Part shown: piece after piece, positions 37,395 to 48,911 of the stretch
How positions within the stretch are numbered: the first letter of the stretch is position 1
Layout: each line of letters starts with the position of its first letter
Assembly: GCA_002189035.1 (NCBI GenBank)
Contig: NEEC01000018.1
Location: forward strand, 558,001 to 622,000
Length of the DNA: 64,000 nucleotides
Direction: 5' to 3'
DNA from: Utricularia gibba
Lineage: Eukaryota > Plantae > Magnoliophyta
Notes under the pieces: generated by a model
What the model was told of the DNA's origin: nothing
The model's input: only the letters and a program-made list of their open reading frames with translations
Database searches by the model: none
Position numbers and translations under genes: made by a program

Positions 37395-38539
37395 TGTCAA
37401 GATGACCTTTACTAGTAGCCAAGCATGCATTAACTGCAATGGTGGAGGAGATGCCGTGCATGTGGCATGTCGAGCGATATTGGAACACTGGATGGAAGCC
37501 ATGCGAGGATCGACATGCAAGGTCGAGCGCGTTGCACGGTGGACGTGGTGCACATGGCGAGTTCGTCTGGTCGAGCACCGATCAACTTTCACCTTGGTGA
37601 AAGATGTGCGATGCAAGAAGTAAAGTAGGAGGGAGTTGCTGGGTAGTCAGGTAGGGATGTGGGGATGAACGCATTTAGGGAATAGTGCCGTTCATGATCC
37701 GCTTGTGACTCACTCATAGGTTCTAACAAACTTAATTGATTTGGAGAAAGAAATTAGGGTACAACTGCATGATTCACTGAGAACAAATCGATGTGGAAGA
37801 AGGATCAATGGTGCGAATAGGACGGTGGATCCGGAGTGCTAGGGAGTCGCTGGAGGAGGCAAAGGTAAGGGGAATTATCCTTGCGTGCCAGTTCGGGCAA
37901 GAGGAGGAGCCTTCAAGCGGCGTCAATGGTGGCCAAACACCAATGGCAACTCAGTTCGCTGGCATCGTGGAAGCAAAGTGCTCAAGTGAGCAGAGGCGAC
38001 ATGGGTCTTCTACACTCAGAAGCTTAAGTTGTCGGCAACGTGGGTGAACCCACTGGATGGTAGCCACGGTGCTTCAGGTGGAAGCCTTCTAGCATCGACC
38101 AGGCAGAGTGGGTTGAGGCTTCCTATCACGATCTAACTCCCTTATGTTATTTTGTGTATTGGATTGGATGTCAGGACGGCCACAATGGAGGCCGAAGAAG
38201 GTATGCTGATGGGGTAGTCGTGACTTGGGGCAACTGAAAATCATATTTTGACTATGCACATGTTTTGGCTTGATGAAGTGGGAAGTGTCTTCCCTTAGTT
38301 GCTAGGTTGCTATTTCATTTTGCATAGTCTCTTGCAGTGAGTGCCTCCCCCTTCGACTATTAGATTACTGTTCATTTTGCTTACCTTGTATTGGGAAGTG
38401 TCTTCCCTTGTGATGTGTTGTAGGAAGCTGCTTGACCTTGTGAATGCAATGTGATTTTCGGTCCTGGTCTTGCCTTGATCCAATGTGATTAACCTTGAGG
38501 AGTGTTGTTTTATGTAACTTGTGAACATGGGGCATTACA
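37395..38539 (-). mobile_element. GC-rich LTR or LTR fragment (TGTAATGCCCC start on -) inserted between RT and RH of Copia B
   Basis: Copia RT translation FMNKPHRDRRD stops at 38540 and resumes (VLNYIKG) near 37380. TG...CA termini. No TSD found. Confidence 0.55.
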
Positions 38540-40694
38540 GAATCTCTGCGATCTCTGTGTGGCTTGTTCATAAATCGATACAGTAGGCTTATTCCATAGG
38601 AGATATCAGGTTATGTTGATGTTAGATACATTAGAGATCCACCAATGCTCCAGTAATATTTTTCATTTACCAAGTTTTGAGGATCACAAATGATTCTTTT
38701 AGTATCAGTTTCTACACTAATTGATTTTGAATCCAATGATATTGATACTAAGGATCTTTTCTTTTTGTCAAGTTTATATTCATGTACTAACTCCTTTGCA
38801 TATTTTCCTTGTCTCAAATAAATTTCATTATCTATCTATTTCACTTCTAGACCTAGAAAATAACTCGTTTCCCTTAAATCAATTATTTCCAAATTCTCCA
38901 TGAGTTACCAATTTTTCACTCCATCTTGTTATTAAAATGTCATCAACATATAGGCTGATTATAACCTTTTCCCACGATACATTTTTCAATACATAGAGTG
39001 TAGTATCATTTTTGCTCTTAATGAAGCCTTGTCCTTTTAAGTAATCATCTATTTTACTATACCATTTTTTAGAAGCTTGTTTGAATCCATAAAGGGTTTT
39101 GCTTAATAGGAGCACCTTATCCTCTTTTCCCTCTTTTACAAAGCCAAGTGGCTGTAGAACATAAATTTCATCTTTTAGATTTCCATTTAAAAAAGATAAT
39201 TTAAATCCTAATGATGTATTTTACAGTTTTTGCTAGCAACCAAGTCTAAAATCAATTTTATTGTACCCAACCTTGCCATTGATGCAAAGGTTTCTGTGTA
39301 GTATATTCCCTTCTTTTATGTGTAACTTTTTACAACCAATCTAACCTTCAATTTTTTACTATTCCATCTGGATTCAACTTTGTTCTAAACACCATTTTAC
39401 CCCTAGAACATTCTTTCTTGAAGGTTTGTCCATCAATTTTGAAGGTTCATTTTTTTTCGATAGTGTAACTCTGTGATCATTGTCTTGCATCATCCTATGT
39501 GTTGCAAAGCCTTGGAAATAGTTTCTGGTTCTTTTATCATAATGGCTTTGTCATAGAGCACTTCGAGACTTCCGAATTTTTGTACATAAGGTTTGTCTGT
39601 ATGATCACATAAGGATCCATCTTAGGGTATTTCTTTTGAGTCTCCAATATGACTTTCACTTGCATTGATATAACTTCCACTTGCTGAGTCTTCCCTAGTT
39701 ATAGTATCCTGATTATAGTGTGATTTGATGTTATTTGATCTTATTGCTTCCTTTTAAGTGTTGCTTTTTTCTACATCAATTTCTACAATAGCATTGTTTA
39801 TGTCTGATATTTTTGGTTCAACTTTTTTAGAACACCATTATTTTCAAAAGTACTTTTAAAATCATATGATAACAAAATTTTTACAGAAGTCACACATGAT
39901 ATACTTTTCAAGGGTCTGTAAAAACTTCTCCCAAAATCCGTGCACAAACATTTGTGTTACATAATTCAATAGACTTTCTCTTAGGGTTGCCACTTACGAT
40001 ATGCTGTGATTTTTTTCTATTTTCCCTTTCTTTCTCTATTTTTCCTCTATTTAGGTGGCTGCATCCATATATGTCACTATTTGGAGTTCTTCAGTTCTAT
40101 CAACAATCCTTTCATATCATGATATTGAATGCTATACTTCCTTTTATATCTTGGTTTTTAAATTCTTGATTTTGTTTTTATTTTTCTGTATCTCATTCAA
40201 AAGGGTGGGGCGATTTTGTAACTGAGTAATTTTCAGCTGAATTCATTGAAGGAAATTTACCCTTGTACATTACAGAAGATGAACTTAATTGACGCCTGCT
40301 TTTTCAATGAAATTAATCCATTTTTATGTTTGATGTTTTGCCTTTGAGCTTGGTTGGTCTACATTTACATGCTCTATGATTAGGTTAGGCATTGTCTTAA
40401 GTCCCTGAACCATAGGTCACCTTCCACTAATCCTTAGCAATTGTATACAATTCACTCTCATGTATATTAATTTATGGCGTGGAGATATGACTCACGTGGG
40501 CATGAGCTTTCAAGCCAACCACTTTATTGAATGTAGACTCCATTAATTGTGGTTCTTATCTATTGTTTTTCCATCTCTTTTCTCTTTGCAACTTCTTCAG
40601 TCCCTCAACTAGTTGTTCTTATTTTTATTCTATCACTGAAAATTTATAGCATGTTATTAGTTATTAATTATTATGTATTATTATTGCAATTTTT

Positions 40695-41900
40695 CTTGGA
40701 GGGAACAAGTGATAAAGGGGAAAATAGGCCTGCAACAATTGTCAATACTCAGAAGAAATAGACAATTAAAAAAGACACTTGGGATTTATGTAGTATGGAA
40801 ATCTACCTTCAACTTGCCATGGAGAGATTGAAAAAAGAAATTTTCGAAACACATCATTCAACAAGAATAGGATAATCTACTAAAAGGATTAAATAATGAA
40901 TTATACTACCAATTTGATATGAAGCAATTGAGCAATAGATGAAATATTTTCCGAGAGCATTGGTCATTGTATAAGAGGTTGAGTAATATGATAGGTGTAG
41001 GATAGTACGAGGATGTTCGGATTATTAAGATGGATGAGGAGTGGTGGGAACTTCAAAATGAGGTTAGCATTTGAGTTTATTTTTGTACATTTGTTAAAAA
41101 TGTAATGGCTTATTACATTTATTTGGTGCTTTAAAATTCATTATTGATAGTTTTCTAAATATGATGATGTATTATGGATAGTTTTATTAACTATTGGATT
41201 ATCTTTTCTTCTTAATATGAAATTATTGATAGTTTTCTGAATATGAAGATGTATCATGGTAGGAAAACTCAAAACCTAAGGATTTTAAGGATACACCGCC
41301 AGTGTTTACTTCAATGATTAAAAAGGTTTTTGATTCTGTGGTTGAATATGCTCTGAAGCGCTATGTACCAAATGCAGGTTTAAGACAGGTTGAAGAAGAT
41401 GGAAGTGGTGATTCAATAAATAATGGGTTGGCTAACGGTTCATCCTTGAATGCTTTACAAACAAATGAAATAATGGGATCAGATTTTTTAAGTTATACCC
41501 CTACGCCTCAAGCTCAACCATTAACTCAAAAGAAGCATAAAGCTCATCGTAAAAATAGTGATCGTATAGCTGAAGCTTCAAAGCGATGGGCGAAGGCATC
41601 TGAGATAGTATCTATGGTTGCAAGCAGAAAGAAAACATATTCCATTGCATAGTGTATTAAAGATTCGAAGACTATTCCAAATATTGTTTAAGGAAGTGAG
41701 TTATGGCTTCGTGCTCTGGATTTGTTTCATCGACCAAGCAATAGGGAAATTTTCCTTTCAATTGATGATCATGAGGACCACTACATTGGAATTGTGCATG
41801 CATCTTCAAAGAACGCGGGTAGCACTTCTACATTTTCTCCTGGTCTTGCTCACTCAGATCAAAATGATTCAGGAAATAGATTTGATCAATTTTTCTATTA
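40695..41900 (+). pseudogene. Harbinger ORF1, Myb/SANT-like DNA-binding protein
   Basis: KDTWDLCSMEIYLQLAME...LYKRLSNMIGVG*..IKMDEEWWELQNE, then an intron, then a C-terminal YSIA.CI...LWLRALDLF..PSNREIFL segment. Contains stops. Confidence 0.75.
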
Positions 41901-42029
41901 GATGCTATTTATGTATAAGAATGTATTCTAATTTTCCATTAGAACATTGCAATCTTTCACATTATCTTGTTCTTTTGTATTTGAGAGACAATACTTATGG
42001 AAATGTATCGATTTACGGTTGAGTTGTTA

Positions 42030-42118
42030 ACCACATAAAATGTATATTTTTTTAATATCTTAATTTATTTATAACCATATAATACCTTTTTTTCATTTCT
42101 ACATTTATTTCTAACCAC

Positions 42119-42160
<42 letters not shown>

Positions 42161-42330
42161 TATATATTAATTCATGTCTAATCACATAGTATGTAGATTT
42201 TTTTAATTTATTCATTAATTTTTAACCACATAATATCTAGATTTTTTTAAATTTATTCATTCATTCTTAACCACATAATATCTTGATTTTTTTAATTTAT
42301 TCATTCATTTTTAACTATACAATATCTAGA
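42030..42330. repeat. Degenerate 43-46-bp tandem repeats plus a (TA)n microsatellite (42123-42157)
   Basis: Recurring AACCACATAATATCTAGATTTTTTTAATTTATTCATT units between the two Harbinger genes. Confidence 0.75.
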
Positions 42331-42446
42331 TTTTTTTTTATGTCTATAAAGAGATGTTAAGGTATTCAATCTCATAAGTCTTCACCTACGAATTCCATCT
42401 TTCTATGCTCTCTTTTATTTTATAGCTTCATCATCCAATTTCAAGA

Positions 42447-43547
42447 TGGGCTTTGTTGCTGAATATATTGAACGGAATTGATAAAGGAGCATATCAAGAT
42501 CTTCGTATAAAAACAATGGTGTTCTATCGATTTTGTGCATTATGGATTGATGAATTTGGATTCAAGAAGAGGCATCATATCACACTAGAGGAGCAGGTGG
42601 CAATTTTTTTGAAGGTTGTTGATACATGAATGGGAAATCGTGCTCTATAAGAATTTTTTCAGCTGACATAATTAGCACATCATTTCATAATGTCCTCAAC
42701 GCATGTTGTCGTATGACATCTATTTGGGTGAAACTAGGAAGAGATCACACACAAGTTCCCGCCTATATTAGGACCAAACCCTGCTATTTTCCATTTTTTC
42801 AAGATTGTGTTGGAGTTATAGATGAAACTCATATAAAAGCATATGTTCCGATTGAAGAAAGAGTGCGCTACATTGGACAGAAAGTGGTTCCTACTCAAAA
42901 CATTTTGACAGTTTGTGATTTCAATATGCATTTCATTTTTGCTGCTGCAGGATACGAAGGAAACACACGTGATAGTAGGATAAGAATGTTTACATAATGA
43001 TGAATATGAATTCCCACATCCACTATCAGGTACTTCATTATGAATCAAGAATTTCATACCATAATATTTGATACATTCTTACTTGTCTAACTTTGTTATC
43101 AAAGGAAAATATTACTTAGTTGATGCTAGTTTTTCCAACACAACAGGTTATACGGCACCATATCTTAGCATGTGCTACCACTTACCAGAATTTCAACGCT
43201 CAAGACGTGGATATACTCAGCCTGAAGAGTGTTTCAACCATAGCCATTCATCACTACGTTTAGTCATTGAAAGATCATTTGATGTGTGGAAAAAACGTTT
43301 TTAAATTATGAATGGCATACCTTGCAACTTGAAGCTATGTCATCAAGTGCATTTGGTTGCTGCAAATGTGGCTCTTCATAATTTTCTTTTGCAAGTTAAT
43401 GCAGAAGATGATGAGCATGAGCTGAGTGAATACAATGATCCAAATCCATTATCTGAAATTGATGAAGATCCAATCGAAGAAAATGAAAACACTGCACAAA
43501 GAAATTCAATGCAAACCATTCATGATGCAATTTATGATCAACTTTGA
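42447..43547 (+). pseudogene. PIF/Harbinger DDE transposase
   Basis: LEEQVAIFLKVV, YFPFFQDCVGVIDETHI, TQNILTVCDFNMHFIFAAAGYEGNTRDSRI, intron, KYYLVDASF...YHLPEF...FNHSHSSLRLVIERSFDVWKKRF, NVALHNFL. Confidence 0.9.
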
Positions 43548-44934
43548 AGAGTTCGGCATGTAAAAGTGTAACAATTATGTTATTTTCAACTTTTTGTGTA
43601 TTTTAAAATTTCTAATCTAATGAATCAATCTTTTGAATGTAAGCAATTAAAAATAAAAAATATTATAAATAAGAATAAATTTAGTTCAAAAGTAAAAATT
43701 TGCTCAGAACATTAGAATCTACTTTTACTTTTGTTAGGTTTACTTCTCTTTCTCAACAGTATATCTATAGAAGTAAAATTAAATTATAAAAGTTTTATAG
43801 AACATTGCTTTATAGTGGCTATTTCATGCACTTTTACTTTTCTTCCATCTGCAATCTGTATATATTTCCCACAGGTTGACTTATATTGAGTGAAGGCTGA
43901 CATGTGGCAGATGCGATTGCTACGGCCACTATCCAGTAGTCATATTTCATTGTCTATTTTGTCACTTGTTGTTTCTAAAATGTGATCATTGCAGAAAGTA
44001 GAAATCAAATATTTCTTTTCCATTCAATGGGGTAGAGAAAGATAGTATAGATAGAGCCTTGTGACCTTCCTTTAGATTTTCAGAATTTGTTGTGTTCAAG
44101 GTTCCTCTTTTTCCATCTTCCTTTCTTGCTTTGCATAGCCTTTGTATACGACCTTTCTTTTGAAAATAGTCACATATTTTGTCCAGGTGATAGAAACAAT
44201 TCAGAGGGAGATGGTTCTTTTGCTTATAACAAGGGCAAGGTGCATGCTTCCCTTTTCTTTTTGTCCCACTCCCTTGTTTAAAGATTGCCTTGAAGGCACC
44301 TTCAATCACTTCAATTTTTCGGTATTTCTTTTCTCTGTTTTCAGGGACCTGGAGAACTTCAATGAGTTGGGTAGGTGCATCTTCTTCAGGTTGCCAGTGG
44401 ATTCTGTAGCAGTTATAGCAGAGCTATAAGATCTTGGTAGCACACCCATTATCTTTATCCTTTTCTTTGATCATCTACATACTCACCTAAGGCTTTGAGT
44501 TTCTTGACCGCAAGTAGTAGTGTATCCAAGAATGTAGACACTAAACTTCCTTTAGAGAGTTTAAGATCATCAATCATTCGCTAGAGTTGGGTGATTTCCT
44601 TTTCCTTTTTTTCATATGTTATTGGGAATTGTGCAGCCATCATTTTCGAGGCCTCTTTGGCTATTGTCCAGCTCCTCCATCAATTCCTTTTCTTCCCATT
44701 TTTCCTTTTTGTGAGCATCAAATGACTGGGGTATGTTGGAAGACTTCCCACATTTTCAGCACCTTAAGATGGTTTTCATCTTTGCAGCCCATCTGGTGTA
44801 ATTCTTTCCATCAAACATCCAAGGAGGGAGAGAGTTTGAACTTCCAGATGTCATTCTTGTTTGGTCCTAAAACAAGCTACCAGGTTAGTGGAAATTGAAA
44901 TTTGGGAACTAATAGATCTTTTTTTTTTCAAGTT

Positions 44935-44952
44935 ATCCCACTTCTCACACCA
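44935..44952 (-). other. PBS-like site complementary to the tRNA-Leu 3' end
   Basis: + strand ATCCCACTTCTCACACCA versus the plant tRNA-Leu end ATCCCACTTCTGACACCA (17/18, tRNA sequence from memory). Directly followed by TGAAAGG and sits just upstream of the Copia B gag. Confidence 0.65.
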
Positions 44953-45189
44953 TGAAAGGAAACAAGCCTATAGCTCCCAAACTTAGAGCCTAATTTCAAC
45001 ACCTCCGAACTAGAGGTTTTGGTTTTTGTAAGCTAAGTAATGAGATTTTAAGCTACTCTAGGCAGAAAGGTTTTAACTATTTTATTTTGCTTTATGTTAC
45101 AAATATTTATAGACTAATATATTAAACTAGCTGTTGTGTAGCCATTGAGGATTTCCCACTCAATGCATTGTCCTTGGTTTAGGTGACAA

Positions 45190-45722
45190 TAGGGATGAAA
45201 GTTGGGCCGGGCCAGGCTGGGCTGGCCCGACCCTATTTTAGAGGTCCTTGTCAAGTTTCAGGCTAGGGTTGAGCTAAAGCCCGATTACCTAAAAATATGA
45301 TTAACGTGGACCTAGCCCGATTATTCGTATGGCCAAGCTAGCCCTACTCGGCTCACGGGCTTATCATATAATAAATAAATAATTTTAAAAAATTATTAAA
45401 CATAATTTATAGAAAAAAATGTAAATTTATTATTTAAATTATTAATTCATATTATCTATCTTAAAAATAAAATAATATATATAATGTATTTAAATTATTC
45501 AAAATGAAAAATAATTATAATGATTATATATAAAAATTCTATTTTTAATTGGCCTTAGGCCCGTCGGGCTTTAAGGCCCGAAGCTCAATTAGCCCTAAGG
45601 GCTTAGGGCTTCGAGCCAGAAAACCCGACAATCTTTCAGATCATCAATGTATAGGCCCAAGCCCGTTTTTTTTGGGTCGGGCTAGGCAAGCCCACGGGCT
45701 TGAGCTTTAACTTTCATCCCTA
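45190..45722. mobile_element. hAT-family MITE (533 bp)
   Basis: Perfect 14-bp TIRs TAGGGATGAAAGTT / AACTTTCATCCCTA. Perfect 8-bp TSD GGTGACAA (45182-45189 and 45723-45730). GCCC/GGGC-rich subtermini and an AT-rich core. Confidence 0.95.
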
Positions 45723-47916
45723 GGTGACAAACATCAAGTGATGGGCTTGAATGGTTTTTATTCTTAAGCTTTTATTTCCTTGTTTTGTACTTTATTTATT
45801 TTGATCCTCTTTTTCTTTGCAATCTATTAGTAATTGATCCAATAGATTCATTAGTGTCACTGTAGACTTCCACTCCTATTCATCATTTTCGTCTGGTTAC
45901 ACCAGATTTACAAGAACTAACTCATCAACTTCTAACAATTGTTTGAACCTCATCTCCACAAAACGAAATGAAATATTGCTAAGGACTATGAAATCTATTA
46001 ACAACACAAAAAGATAGTGATCATTGTTACAAAGTATGTGAGTCAAATACAATAGTCCTAAGCCAAACAAATGTCGCAAGATTGTAACTTAACATAGTTG
46101 GGCCACTTACTGATTTATTTGAAGTTATTTCTTTCCGATTGTCCAGATTTATTCATCGCCTAATCAATTAACTGTGAAGGGAAGAGTTGGAAATTGCATC
46201 TTCCAACCCTAAAAATTTCAAAATCTCGCAACATGGGAGATACATTTTCAAATCAAATAATATTGATATTTTTAGGAATAAGGGTAATTTCATTAAATCA
46301 TATCATAAAACACAAATATTGGTTTTCTACATTTTCCAACCAAACACAAATAAGACAATCATAAACCTACCAACCAAACAAGTTTCACTTGAAGCCCGGA
46401 TGATCTACATCTTAACGTGCTTCATCAATGTGATTGTTTTAATATTTTTCTGAATCCCAATTTCTTTTAAATTATCTTAATTTGCATGTTTAACATGTTT
46501 CATCACTTTTCTCATATAAAACTCATGTGTCATTACTGTGAACTGGAAGATGAAACTCATTCAATGGTGATTCTTCGTATCTCAATGTACTTCTTTACGA
46601 TGACTCTTGCGAATCATCAGCAATGCATGTTAGGTTTGAAGAAGGGGTTTTTTTGTTAATTTAGGTAAAATTATCCTTTATTAATCAATACAATTTTACT
46701 GATATAAAATTAAAATATTATAACAAACACATCTTAAAAACTAAAAACAATATTTAACTTAAATTGAATTCTCTGTTAATAATTCTACCCAAAACTATGC
46801 TACCTATTAATTCTACCCTAAATGCATAAAAGATGTAATCATTTTGTGGCTGTGGTTCTCGCGCACGCGTACTCTCAAGAAACGACGGAGGAGGTTCCGA
46901 CTTCCGAGGTTTTCATGGCCGATTGTGAAAACCACGCAATGTGTGACATTCGACCAACCGGAAAGTATTTCGACTCTGGAGAGATTGTTTCCCAGTGAAG
47001 GTACCTGCAAGGAGGAGGTGATAGGGAGGTTATTGTGAGGGCAGAACAGGAAATTCAAATATGATTATTATCGAGGAAATGTATAGTATAATACATTGTT
47101 AGGAAAAGTATGCGGTTTTCAAATCTTATACAATTAAAATTTTAATCGTTAATAATGATTGAAAAAACCTAAAAAAACATAAAAAATAATGACTTGTGAA
47201 CATATTGTGTGAATTTAGATTGATATTAATTTTATATCAATATAAAAAATCTGTACCAAGGTCATACATTTATGGCATTTATACTAAACCAAAATACTTA
47301 AGACTAGTTTACTATAACATTTTAATTTGTTCCATACTAAATTTAGATCGCACTAATTTGCATAAAAATAAGTGATTTAAAAAAAGTGTGTATGTTGTAT
47401 ATATAATTTTATTTGAAAAATGTTATTTTCTGATGAATACAAACAAAATTATTATATGTTTGTAATTAGAGATATTTTTTTATGAATATTGATTAAAATG
47501 AAAATGAAGATTGATAGTTGAAAGGAAAACCTTTTCATAGTAATAATTATAGTAGTATCTTTTCACACAATTAGTTAAATCTATTTTAAAGATGGATGAA
47601 AGAGTAAATAAGAATATTATCTTGATAATTAATATGTAGTATTAAATGTTATTTTTTTATTAAATCACACAAAATAAGTTTCACCATATTAATGATTAAA
47701 ATGTATAATTAAATAAAAAGAGAATATTACCAGCAAAAGGGGGAGACATGTTAATAGATAGATAGGAAGAAGTCAGAAACCGGGAGCCCAATGGTGTACA
47801 GACAAGAAGCATCAACCAGATTTTTTGCCCTAAAACAACGGGAGGGAAGCTTCTGGTGTGTACCAGTCATGCAACGACAACAAACTAACACATGTCTCCA
47901 CTTTATCCCTAGTAAT

Positions 47917-48911
47917 TCATCCATAAGCCTTCCCTTCGAAATCGAATACACTTCCATTGGCGATCACCTCTTGCGAATCGCATTCCAATAGATTCGCCTC
48001 GTAGTCTGGCTTCTGTTCGAAAATTGCGCTGAGAGGATCCAACAAGGCCGCCTTTTCGTCAATGGCGGGAGATGGCGCAAAACCCTGGAAATGCCCTATC
48101 CTTCCATTGCCCATTTCTTCGAAGCCGAAGCTCCCTTCGGAAGAAGAGCAGCTTTTTTTCATCAGCCAGGTGTAATAGCTCTGCAGCGTCGTCTGGTTTT
48201 GGTGCTGGAAATAGAATCCCGGAATTTCAACGTCTCTAGGAGGGAATGCTGTGAAAGAAGAGGGACCCCGGAAATTGAAAAATTGTGGCGGAATGTTGAT
48301 CGGAGATCCGCCATGGAGTGTGGTGACCGGTAACTTGGCCATCGCCATTCCCATGAGCTTCTTTTTGAGCTTTGTGTTCCAGTGATTCTTGATATCGTTG
48401 TCCGTCCGTCCGGGTAACTGAGCTGCTATTATTGACCATCTGCATTTCATTACCAAATCAACACAAATCTGGAAATAAAAAAAAACTGCCATATTTGGTT
48501 CTGGATCCCGAGAACAAAAGGAGTAGTCCACCAAGAAAGTTGAAGGTTTTATTTAGATGGAGACCTGCTGCCAATGTTCGCATAGAGAGAACAAATAATT
48601 CTGTCTTCTTCATCACTGAAATCTCCATGCTTGATGTTGGGTCTCAGATAATTCAGCCATCTCAGTCTGCAACTCTTTCCACATCTCTTCAATCCTGAAG
48701 ACAATTTCAAAAAAACCCCACCCCGTCGTCAACAATGAACAAACAAAGCCTGATGAAAGTTTTTGTTTCTGTTTACCAGCTTTTTGAGGTAAAGCGATCC
48801 AATTTCCACCGGTTCCATATCTCTCAATGAAATCCCTCAGCTTGGCGTCTTCTTCAGGAGACCACGGCCCTTCTTCACGTTAGCTTTATCACAGCAAGGA
48901 GCTCTTCCCAT
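47917..48911 (-). CDS. MYB: R2R3-MYB transcription factor, subgroup 14 (RAX/Blind/MYB36 clade); exon 1 frameshifted as written
   Basis: Exons 48911-48777, 48694-48565 (130 nt) and 48439-47917, with GT-AG introns at standard R2R3-MYB positions. Motifs [14 protein letters not shown](GPW)[40 protein letters not shown]...[27 protein letters not shown] and C-terminal SCSSSEGS. One base is missing at about 48867-48870, giving TGA at 48839-48837. Confidence 0.9.

Larger units (their letters stand above)
40650..43810 (+). mobile_element. PIF/Harbinger element with Myb/SANT ORF1 and DDE transposase, inserted in Copia B
   Basis: Both genes lie on +. Copia pol homology resumes on both sides. Convincing TIRs were not found, so ends are approximate. 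Confidence 0.8.
36796..45937 (-). mobile_element. Copia body B (gag-PR-INT-RT-RH), decayed, with nested insertions
   Basis: gag MTSGSS..MFDGKNYTRWAAKMK (about 44850), zinc knuckle (43986-44309), QIADGRKVKV (about 43850), integrase (about 39900-40500), RT KTLYGFKQASKKWY (38879-39115), YIKGT..YVDSDFAG and RNase H (36850-37375). LTR-homologous block at about 45132-45937. Confidence 0.85.

Noticed and set aside
37372-38047. GC-rich ORFs suggesting a host gene
   Set aside because: They lie inside an LTR-like insertion that interrupts Copia RT, and have no domain motifs.
44935-44952. tRNA-Leu gene
   Set aside because: Only the 3'-terminal 18 nt including CCA match. There is no cloverleaf upstream, so it is a PBS rather than a tRNA gene.
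36589-45937. Single intact Copia bounded by a TSD
   Set aside because: Flanks do not match, and the left LTR extends to 36502 where it abuts a PBS. The tandem model was reported instead.
48432-48534. ORF-track N-terminus [10 protein letters not shown]... for the MYB
   Set aside because: This is intron 2 read-through. The real exon 3 starts at 48439 after a CAG acceptor.
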